This document shows positions 54,301 through 64,000 of a stretch of DNA of 64,000 bases, piece after piece. The first letter of the stretch is position 1. The number at the start of each line of letters is the position of its first letter. Under the pieces are notes generated by a model. The model ran no database searches and was not told the origin of the DNA. It saw nothing but the letters and a program-made list of their open reading frames with translations. A program made the translations under genes and the position numbers. The stretch covers positions 48,360,001-48,424,000 of the forward strand of contig OZ024746.1 of the NCBI GenBank assembly GCA_964016885.1. The letters run 5' to 3'. Source of the stretch: Eledone cirrhosa. Lineage: Eukaryota.

Positions 54301-57300
54301 TTTACCGAACATTTATTACAATGTTCAGTTTGTTTGTTTGTAAACAAACAAACAGCCCGAATTACGCCGTACAGTGTTTAGGCAACCACGACACCTTTTT
54401 GTTCAACACTGACACAGGAACGATGTACTAGTTTCAAGCTTATTAGCTATCGTCAGCATCGTATACCTTCTGCCAGATGGTTGAACGTCTGAAAGTATAT
54501 ACTTTCCTTATGCATATTAACGGCTGAGCAGCCTAATTTGCATATTGAGTGAGTTCAGTCGGCCGGGCACACCGAAAACGATAAATGGAATAGAATGAAA
54601 CGAAATTTCATTTCTCACTCATTGTACGGCACTTAATTAAATGTAAGTATGTATGTATACGTACATACATATATGTATACAGACGTACAGTAGTATGTAT
54701 ATATATACATACATGCACACATATATATATGCACGTATCGGTTTACAGAACATTTATTATAATGTTCGGTTTGTTTGTTTGTAAACAAACAAACAGCCCG
54801 AATTACGCCGTACAGTGTTTAGGCAACCACGTCATCTTTTTGTTCAACACTGACAAAAGAACAATGTACTAGTTTCAAGCTTATTAGCTATCGTCAGCAT
54901 CGTATACCTTCCTGCCAGATGGTTGAACGTCTGAAAGAATATACTTTCCTTATGCATATTAACGGCTGAGCAGCCTAATTTGCATATCGAGTGAGTTCAG
55001 TCGGCCGGGCACACCGAAAACGATAAATGGAATAGAATGAAACGAAATTTCATTTCTCACTCTTTGTACGGCACTTACTTAAATTAAGTATGTATGTATA
55101 CGTACATACATATATGTATACAGACATACAGTAGTATGTATATATATACATACATGCACACATAGATATATGCAGGTATCGGTTTACCAAACATTTATTA
55201 TAATGTTCGGTTTGTTTATTTGTAAACAAACAAACAGCCCGAATTACGCCGTACAGTGTTTAGGCAACCACGTCATCTTTTTGTTCAACAGTGACAAAAG
55301 AACAATGAACTAGTTTCAAGCTTATTAGCTATCGTCAGCATCGTATACCTTCCTGCCAGATGGTTGAACGTCTGAAAGTATATACTTTCCTTATGCATAT
55401 TAACGGCTGAGCAGCCTAATTTGCATATCAAGTGAGTTCAGTCGGCCGCGCACACCGAAAACGATAAATGGAATAGAATGAAACGAAATTTCATTTCTCA
55501 CTCATTGTACGGCACTTAATTAAATGTATGTATGTATACGTACATACATATATGTATACAGACGTACAGTAGTATGTTTTTTACATGCACACATATATAT
55601 ATGCACGTATCGGTTTACCGAACATTTATTATAATGTTCGGTTTGTTTGTTTGTAAACAAACAAACAGCCCGAATTACGCCGTACAATGTTTAGGTAACA
55701 ACGTCACCTTTTTGTTTAACACTGACACAGGAACGATGTACTAGTTTCAAGCTTATTAGCTATCGTCAGCATCGTATACCTTCCTGCCAGATGGTTGAAC
55801 GTCTTAAAGTATATACTTTCCTTATGCATATTAACGGCTGAGCAGCCTAATACATATATGTGTACAGACGTACAGTAGTATGTATATATATACATACATG
55901 CACATATATATATATATATGCACGTATCGGTTTACCAAACATTTATTATAATTTTCGGTTTGTTTGTTTGTAAACAAACAGCCCGAATTACGCCGTACAG
56001 TATTTAGGCAACCACCTCACCTTTTTGTTCAGCACTGACACAGGAACCATGTACTAGTTTCAAGCTTATTAGCTATCGTCAGCATCGTATACCTTCCTGC
56101 CAGATGGTTGAACGTCTGAAAGTATATACTTTCCTTATGCATATTAACGGTTGAGCAGCCTAATTTGCATATTGAGTGGGTTCAGTCGGCCGGGCACACC
56201 GAAAACGATAAATGGAATAGAATGAAACGAAATTTCATTTCTCACTCATTGTACGGCACTTAATTAAATGTAAGTATGTATGTATACGTACATACATATA
56301 TGTATACAGACGTACAGTAGTATGTATATATATACATACATGCACACATATATATATGCACGTATCGGTTTACAGAACATTTATTATAATGTTCGGTTTG
56401 TTTGTTTGTAAACAAACAAACAGCCCGAATTACGCCGTACAGTGTTTAGGCAACCACGTCATCTTTTTGTTCAACACTGACAAAAGAACAATGTACTAGT
56501 TTCAAGCTTATTAGCTATCGTCAGCATCGTATACCTTCCTGCCAGATGGTTGAACGTCTGAAAGAATATACTTTCCTTATGCATATTAACGGCTGAGCAG
56601 CCTAATTTGCATATCGAGTGAGTTCAGTCGGCCGGGCACACCGAAAACGATAAATGGAATAGAATGAAACGAAATTTCATTTCTCACTCTTTGTACGGCA
56701 CTTACTTAAATTAAGTATGTATGTATACGTACATACATATATGTATACAGACATACAGTAGTATGTATATATATACATACATGCACACATAGATATATGC
56801 AGGTATCGGTTTACCAAACATTTATTATAATGTTCGGTTTGTTTGTTTGTAAACAAACAAACAGCCCGAATTACGCCGTACAGTGTTTAGGCAACCACGT
56901 CATCTTTTTGTTCAACAGTGACAAAAGAACAATGTACTAGTTTCAAGCTTATTAGCTATCGTCAGCATCGTATACCTTCCTGCCAGATGGTTGAACGTCT
57001 GAAAGTATATACTTTCCTTATGCATATTAACGGTTGAGCAGCCTAATTTGCATATCGAGTGAGTTCAGTCGGCCGGGCACACCGAAAACGATAAATGGAA
57101 TAGAATGAAACGAAATTTCATTTCTCACTCATTTTTACGGCACTTAATTAAATGTATCTATGTATGTATACGTACATACATATATGTATACAGACGTACA
57201 GTAGTATGTTTTTTACATGCACACATATATATATGCACGTATCGGTTTACCGAACATTTATTATAATGTTCGGTTTGTTTGTTTGTAAACAAACAAACAG

Positions 57301-58525
57301 CCCGAATTACGCCGTACAATGTTTAGGTAACAACGTCACCTTTTTGTTTAACACTGATACAGGAACGATGAACTAGTTTCAAGCTTATTAGCTATCGTCA
57401 GCATCGTATACCTTCCTGCCAGATGGTTGAACGTCTGAAAGTATATACTTTCCTTATGCATATTAACGGCTGAGCAGCCTAATACATATATGTATACAGA
57501 CGTACAGTAGTATGTATATATATACATACATGCACACATATATATATATATATGCACGTATCGGTTTACCAAACATTTATTATAATTTTCGGTTTGTTTG
57601 TTTGTAAACAAACAGCCCGAATTACGCCGTACAGTATTTAGGTAACCACGTCACCTTTTTGTTCAACACTGACACAGGAACCATGTACTAGTTTCAAGCT
57701 TATTAGCTATCGTCAGCATCGTATACCTTCCTGCCAGATGGTTGAACGTCTGAAAGTATATACTTTCCTTATGCATATTAACGGCTGAGCAGCCTAATTT
57801 ACATATCGAGTGATTTCAGTCGGCCGGGCACACCGAAAACGATAAATGAAATAGAATGAAACGAAATTTAATTTCTCACTCTTTGTACGGCACTTACTTA
57901 AATGTAAGTATGTATGTATGTATACGTACATACATATATGTTTACAGACGTAAATATATATACATACATATATATATGCACGCATCGGTTTACCGAACAT
58001 TTATTACAATGTTCAGTTTGTTTGTTTGTAAACAAACAAACAGCCCGAATTACGCCGTACAGTGTTTAGGCAACCACGACACCTTTTTGTTCAACACTGA
58101 CACAGGAACGATGTACTAGTTTCAAGCTTATTAGCTATCGTCAGCATCGTATACCTTCCTGCCAGATGGTTGAACGTCTGAAAGTATATACTTTCCTTAT
58201 GCATATTAACGGCTGAGCAGCCTAATTTGCATATTGAGTGAGTTCAGTCGGCCGGGCACACCGAAAACGATAAATGGAATAGAATGAAACGAAATTTCAT
58301 TTCTCACTCATTGTACGGCACTTAATTAAATGTAAGTATGTATGTATACGTACATACATATATGTATACAGACGTACAGTAGTATGTATATATATACATA
58401 CATGCACACATATATATATGCACGTATCGGTTTACAGAACATTTATTATAATGTTCGGTTTGTTTGTTTGTAAACAAACAAACAGCCCGAATTACGCCCT
58501 ACAGTGTTTAGGCAACCACGTCACC
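48313..58525 (-). repeat. ~430-445-bp satellite, 24 tandem units, each with a hammerhead ribozyme motif (retrozyme-like array)
   Basis: actagtttcaagcttattagctatcg(t/c)cagcatcgt occurs 24 times from about 48580 to 58114. Four units are ~313-bp deletion variants. Confidence 0.95.
49886..49928 (-). ncRNA. Representative minimal type I hammerhead of the satellite
   Basis: ACGAUG CUGACGA U AGCU aaua AGCU U GAAA C UA G UA CAUCGU: 6-bp stem I, intact core, GUA cleavage triplet. Confidence 0.8.
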
Positions 58526-58795
58526 ACGTATACGATGCTGACGATAGCTAATAACGTTGAAACTAGCACATCGTTCCTGTGTCAGTGTTGAACAAAAAGG
58601 TGACGTTGTTGCCTAAACACTGTACGGTGTAATTCGGGCTGTTTGTATGTTTACAAACAAACAAACCGAACATTATAATAAATGTTCGGTAAACCGATAC
58701 GTGCATATATATATATGTGTGCATGTATGTATATATTTACATACTACTGTACGTCTGTATACATATATGTATGTACGTATACATACATACATACT
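58526..58795 (+). repeat. Inverted partial satellite unit closing the array (degenerate HHR)
   Basis: acgatgctgacgatagctaataacgttgaaactagcacatcg: stem II is broken and the triplet is GCA. Confidence 0.85.
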
Positions 58796-58866
<71 letters not shown>

Positions 58867-59115
58867 GAAAGGTATAGAAAACACTGCAGCGAAAAGCGAA
58901 CAGCATTGCATAGTATATAAGTGACTATAGCGTCAAAATGGGGAAAATAGTTAACGTAAGATGTGGGAAAAATAATTTAAACTCATCTTAAAGAGAATCA
59001 GGATATAAATTCATCCACAGAATTTAGTGAAATCCAGGGAAAAATCAATAGAGCCTTAACTCATGATAAAATAAAGTTCAAGATTCCTATCCTTCAATTT
59101 GGAAAAACTTCAAAT

Positions 59116-59193
59116 GCTCTGTATAGTCGTAAGACTATTTCATGAAAACTTTCAGCGGAGATGGTCACGGTTGGAGTTCATCATCAGCAGAGC
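59116..59193 (-). ncRNA. Type I hammerhead with full stem III
   Basis: GCUCUG CUGAUGA UGAA...UUCA u GAA AUAGUC uuac GACUAU A CAGAGC: stem I 6 bp, stem III 6 bp, AUA triplet, one extra U before G12. Confidence 0.75.
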
Positions 59194-59741
59194 TCAACTC
59201 GATAACCAGGATTCTCGCAGATTAATATACCAAAAAGGAAATTCTAAAGCTGGCCAGTCCAACATCATGCGTGATCACGAAAAACGCATACGAGGAAAAA
59301 TGGCTATTGACGTCAGAATGAGACGAAAGTTTGTTTACAAGAAACAACAGTCAAAAACATTCCGAAAAAAAACCTCTACAGTAAGGAGTTCAGCAAAATG
59401 CAATATTATCGCAGTTTTTTTATAAAAAAACCGGGATTAGTCACAAATAATTTAAGCACTCGAGGAAAAATCCGAGTATAAATATATAAATGAAAGGTAT
59501 AGAAAACACTGCAGCGAAAAGCGAACAGCATTCCATAGTATATAAGTGACTATAGCGTCAAAATGGGAAAAATAGTTAACGTAAGATGTGGGAAAAATAA
59601 TTTAAACTCATCTTAAAGAGAATCAGGATATAAATTCATCCACAGAATTTAGTAAAATCCAGGGAAAAATCAATAGAGCCTTAACTCATGATAAAATAAA
59701 GTTCAAGATACCTATCCTTCAATTTGGAAAAAACTTCAAAT

Positions 59742-59819
59742 GCTCTGTATAGTCGTAAGACTATTTCATGAAAACTTTCAGCGGAGATGGTCACGGTTGG
59801 AGTTCATCATCAGTAGAGC
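59742..59819 (-). ncRNA. Second hammerhead copy (A.C mismatch at the first stem I pair)
   Basis: Same as 59116-59193 except GCUCUA upstream of the core. Confidence 0.65.
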
Positions 59820-59889
59820 TCAACTCGATAACCAGGATTCTCGCAGATTAATATACCAATATATATATATATTTATATATACCTCAGGG

Positions 59890-60065
59890 TCTCCTGCCTG
59901 TTGTTTTTGTCTGTAAAATCTGTCCAGACATTCTAAACTCATGACTGTAATATCGAACCTGTGATCTTTCAATTCGGAGATGTAGCCGCTCTACCTGGAG
60001 CGACTTTCTGATCTCCGAGCTACGCACTCTATCGTGTAACGTTACTCCAAAGACCATTCGGGGCG
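59890..60065 (-). mobile_element. Decayed LINE fragment homologous to 63085-63245
   Basis: Shared blocks gtaaaatctgtccag, ctgtgatct, tctgatctc, agctacgcactctatcg and aaagacc. Confidence 0.55.
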
Positions 60066-60101
60066 AAGACTAATCTCTCGGATGCTGAGGTCACAAAAGC
60101 A

Positions 60102-60275
60102 ATTAATTGTTTCTACTTTAGGCACAAGGCCAGCAATTATCCCAGTGCATTACTGGTACTTTATTTTATCGACCCCGTAAGGATGAAAGGCAAAGTTAAC
60201 CTCGGCGGGATTTGAACTCAGATCATAAAGGGACGTAACTATGCTGGAAAGCATGGCGTCCGACCCTCTACCGAA
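60102..60275 (-). mobile_element. SINE (same family as 2845-3030)
   Basis: Near-identical to the 2845-3015 copy. Confidence 0.8.
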
Positions 60276-61853
60276 ATATGGCAAGGCCACTGGGAAAAAT
60301 AAATTTGACCTGAGATGTTAAAAAACTTTAACAAGAGAAGGTATTCTCTGGCTGACTCGTGTGTGCCGGGTGACCTGCACTTAAGCAATTGATAAAGACT
60401 CTTATTTTTAAATTTGGTTTCTTTCTTTTTATTTTTATATCATCAGCTGTTTGTTTTATATTTACTATTTTTTGTCAGGAAGAATTTTACATTCAAACAG
60501 CTGTATTCTCAATTAACATGAAATGTTATACATTTCAGTTTTTACGTATTAAACATTCAAACCGTTTCAAAATTCTTTATACATATTTCAATATTCAGAA
60601 TTTATCATCCAGTAGTGTAAATTTGACAAATAATGTTATGAGAATAAAATATGCAATATATTGTAAGACGTATGGATTAATTAATTTGGTGTAAAAATAT
60701 ATTTATAGCCTTGCTCTACAATAATGATTTTGTAGTGGATGACGACCAATTGGCAAAGTCATCAAAACATCAGATAAAATTCCTTGCTGCATATCTTCTG
60801 ACTCACTACGTTTTGGGATCAAAACAAAATTAAGTAATGAGAAAAAGGGGAAGGGATAAAGAAGGGCAGATCTAACTGTATGTGAAAGTAGAAGAAAGGA
60901 CTATAAATGCCATGGATGGGAGGAAAAGAAGGGAAAAAGCAAGGTCCAAGCCAGACTTGATCTGCCTGAAAGAAGACCTGTACTTGATGTCGTCCCAGTT
61001 AAGCTGGTCATTTGTATACTGGGAGACAGAGAGGCTTTCGCCTGTCCAGTCGACCAGTTTCTGCTCAGGTACTGGGGCCACCATGCTCCGGCTACCTTTC
61101 GAGGTAAAATTTATTTTTCTAATGTATTTGAAAACTTTTAAATGAAGCTGGCTTTCAAAACCAACGGAAATTATTCATTTTAAGTTAACCCTCCTGTCAG
61201 TTGCCAGTTGGATATTCCCCTGACGGGTTTGAAGTTGCGATTCGTTGAAAACACACGAAAAACCACACGAGAAACATTAATATCACCTCCAAAAAGAAAC
61301 ATAAATAATGATGAAAATTTACCAAAAATCTTTTCAGTTATTATCATTATTATTCTTATTGTTGAAACCACATCAGAATCCACCCAACTTCAATTCAGAG
61401 GCAGACCAAACTATTCCAATTCGTTTTCCTCGTTAACACAGGATTCATAAATCATCTACCTTACTATGCCTAACTTCAAACACTTTGTCTGATTTATTTC
61501 GTAGTATTAACTAAATACCCCACCCCCACCCATCACTCGTATCCCTCAGTTTCCCGCTACACGGTCTTGCACTGTGTCACTAGACAACATTGCATGTTCT
61601 GTTGGGACATTTAACTCACATTTTCTTATATCTATCAACCTAGCATAAATAATTAGTGTATCAACTCACAGAGGACGAAAGGTAAAGTTGAGCCAGAAAG
61701 GATTAGAAGTCGGAACGTTATGAGCAGGAAAATTACTGGTAACACATTTGTCCGAGCTCTAACGGTGTTGCCAAGCCACTGCCTGCTACCATAATAAACT
61801 AATTGATAAAACAATACAATTGAAAACGATAGTTTCACGGAGAGATTTCACCA

Positions 61854-61926
61854 GCCGAAATATCTCAGTTGAGAGAGCGTTAGACTGAAGATCTAAAGAC
61901 CCCTGGTTCAAGCCCGGGTTTCGGCA
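61854..61926 (+). tRNA. tRNA-Phe(GAA), diverged, probable pseudogene
   Basis: gccgaaa...ttaga ctGAAga tctaa...tttcggca. D-stem and A-box changes (tatctc, gagaga). Confidence 0.75.
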
Positions 61927-62419
61927 TCCGATGTTAGGTTTGAAAATTTTGCTCTATTTTTTTCTATCACATCAGAATACATTCAGCTTCAATTCGAAGG
62001 TTCACTTTTTCGGTCCCATTAAGGGCAGTGGGTGACACAGCCCCTCCCACTAATTGTTGCAGTTTTTTTTTTAAAGTAATATCCTGAAATACTTTCTTCA
62101 CTTTGCTAACTATACTTCTCAAAACTAGAATATAAAACAGAAAAATATTTTAAAACATATAAACCAAAGGTTAACGAAAGAAATTGATAAACAAATTCTC
62201 TAGGGAATCAGTGTCCAACCAGAATATTGTGAGGTCCCACTGAACACCAAAGCCTGGTGACTGACGAGACTGGATTGAGAAATCTTCAAACTTACTATGA
62301 ACTAATTACAAACTCTTTCTCTGCGGTTTGACTCATACCACGTCACTTTTCTCTTTGTAACACTAAACTGACGATTAATTATATCTTTCAAGCTAGCATA
62401 AAGAACCAAACCGACCACA

Positions 62420-62625
62420 GTATTTGACTGGTACTTTATTTTATCAACCAGAAAAGGATGAGAAGCAAAGTTGAGCACGGTGGTTTTTAACTCAGAAAAT
62501 AATTTTTTTCTACTTCTAGCACGCGGCCAGCAATTACCTCAGTGCTTTACTAGTGCATAATTTTATCAACCTCGTAAGGATGAAAGGCAAAGTTAACATC
62601 GGCGGTATTTGAACTCGGAAAGTAA
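62420..62625 (-). mobile_element. Two diverged SINE copies in the tRNA spacer
   Basis: actggtactttattttatc...aaggatga...gcaaagtt...aactc blocks occur twice. Confidence 0.65.
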
Positions 62626-62783
62626 AGCGCCACCCCTCCATGCTGCAAAACAGCAGGAAAAATTATACTAAGCATTTGTACGGGGCACTAATGTTTCTGC
62701 CAATAAACCGTCTGCTCGTGTAAAAAATCTAATTGATAAAACTATACGATTTACAAGGTTAGTTTGATAATACGCTAATGCAA

Positions 62784-62856
62784 GCCGAAATAGCTCAGTT
62801 GGGAGAGCGTTAGACTGAAGATCTAAAGGTCCCTTGTTCAATCCCGGATTTCGGCA
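62784..62856 (+). tRNA. tRNA-Phe(GAA), with two T-stem mismatches
   Basis: gccgaaatagctcagttgggagagcgttagactgaagatctaaaggtcccttgttcaatcccggatttcggca, followed by T runs. Confidence 0.85.
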
Positions 62857-62939
62857 TCCGATGGCTGGCCCGAATCTTTTATTTTACTTTTTTTCTCTAT
62901 AGAAAAATATAGTTTTCAATTTTTAATATTAATGTTTTT

Positions 62940-63245
62940 TTAGTCCCCAAAAACTCCTTCCAACGTGTTGTGTCAGAGGCAAACGTCTCCAACTGACCGG
63001 CTGGATACCCAAGCAAAACCAGCCAAGCTCATGGATGTTATCTAACCATCTTGCTCGGGGTCTACATCTCGCTCTCTTTGCCCGTAAAATCTGTCCAGCG
63101 GTTCTTTCTTTTGACATTTTAACCACATGTCTGTAATATGGGAGCTGTGATCTCTCAATACGGAGAAGTAGCGGGTCTACTGGAGTGACTGTCTGATCTC
63201 ATAGCTACGCACTCTATCGAGTAACATTACACGAAAGACCCTTCG
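62940..63245 (-). pseudogene. LINE (RTE/L2-like) RT C-terminal fragment
   Basis: HVVKMSKERTAGQIL..KRARCRPRARWLDNI resembles the H..RM...R..GRPR.RW.D motif. Confidence 0.55.
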
Positions 63246-63890
63246 AAGGAACCACATTTCGGCCGTTTGTTTTTTTTACTATTCTTTTGGCGATACGCCT
63301 ATTAAACTATTGCTATCAATGTTTTTTTTTTGTTCAACTTACATCAGAATCAACCCAGCTTCAATGCATAGGTCCACCTATTCCATCTCGTTAACACTGG
63401 ATTCGGGCCCATCACCAAGAAAAGGCGCTGGGTAGCATTGTTCTCACCCGCCTAACCTTTTAATGGTTCACTCTGAGAATTAGAAAATAGAGTTAAAAAA
63501 CAACAACGTCTTCAATACATTCCTTGAATACTTGACTTTACCAACTATTATTCTCAAAACTAGAACATTGAAAATATTCAAAAAATACACAAATAAAAAG
63601 TTAACGAAAGAAGCGAGTGAAAAAAATCCCTTTGTGGATCAGTGTACACCCAGAATATTCTTAAACCCTTTTCCTTATATATCTGTTTAAAATATCTTCC
63701 TGTTCTATCTTCTAGTTTTGAGAAGAATAGTTAGTAAAGTGAGCTATTAAGGCTGAATGTAAAGTTGATGAAAAGATCCCAAAAATACTGCACCCATTTA
63801 ACTTTGTTAATCCAGCGCCTGCTACTGTAAATAAAACAATTGATAAAACAAATTAACTGACAAGGATAGTTTCATGAAAAAATTCTATCA

Positions 63891-63963
63891 GCCGAAATAG
63901 CTCAGTTGGGAGAGCGTAAGACTGAAAATCTAAAGGTCCCTGTTTCAATCCCGGGTTTCGGCA
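63891..63963 (+). tRNA. tRNA-Phe(GAA), diverged (anticodon-stem and T-stem/B-box changes)
   Basis: gccgaaatagctcagttgggagagcgtaagactgaaaatctaaaggtccctgtttcaatcccgggtttcggca. Confidence 0.78.
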
Positions 63964-64000
63964 TCCGATGGCTGATCTGAATCTTTTGCTTTACTTTTTT

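Larger units (their letters stand above)
58861..59859 (-). mobile_element. 1.6-copy tandem of a ~626-bp unit with two hammerheads, between (TA)n tracts
   Basis: 58861-59233 is repeated at 59486-59859. HHRs lie at 59116-59193 and 59742-59819. Confidence 0.85.

Noticed and set aside
48313-58525. CRISPR-like repeat-spacer array
   Set aside because: Whole units are homologous with no unique spacers, the context is eukaryotic and there are no cas genes.
48122-58920. Repeated short ORFs (MKRNLISH..., MFGKPIRA...) in the HHR satellite
   Set aside because: They cross variable (TA)/(TACA) microsatellites, are frame-inconsistent among units and show no recognisable domain.
60872-61145. Possible host exon or LINE endonuclease fragment (..KSGLDLAF..)
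   Set aside because: Too short and degenerate to assign without a database search.

Overview
AT-rich, microsatellite-dense animal genomic DNA. The SINE families look octopus/cephalopod-like, which is an inference from memory. I found no host protein-coding gene. The window is mostly Penelope-like retroelement (PLE) material: one near-complete RT + GIY-YIG element with a single nonsense codon (18.5-22.2 kb), three 5'-truncated GIY-YIG copies and an RT fragment running off the left edge. It also holds many large palindromes in (TA)n tracts, a ~635-bp satellite of ~26 units, a ~435-bp satellite of 24 units, LINE/SINE/Helitron/MITE debris and three diverged tRNA-Phe(GAA) copies. Main observation: hammerhead-ribozyme (HHR) motifs recur through the window. 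Each unit of the ~435-bp satellite (48.3-58.5 kb) carries a minimal type I HHR on the minus strand in a strongly self-complementary monomer. The array is bracketed by inverted copies and joined to the truncated 5' end of a PLE. A separate 626-bp tandem dimer with a full-stem HHR follows, and most PLE pseudo-LTRs and several palindromes carry HHR variants. I infer a PLE-mobilised, retrozyme-like (candidate circular RNA) system. Ribozyme calls come from manual motif and base-pair reading only; activity and expression are untested.
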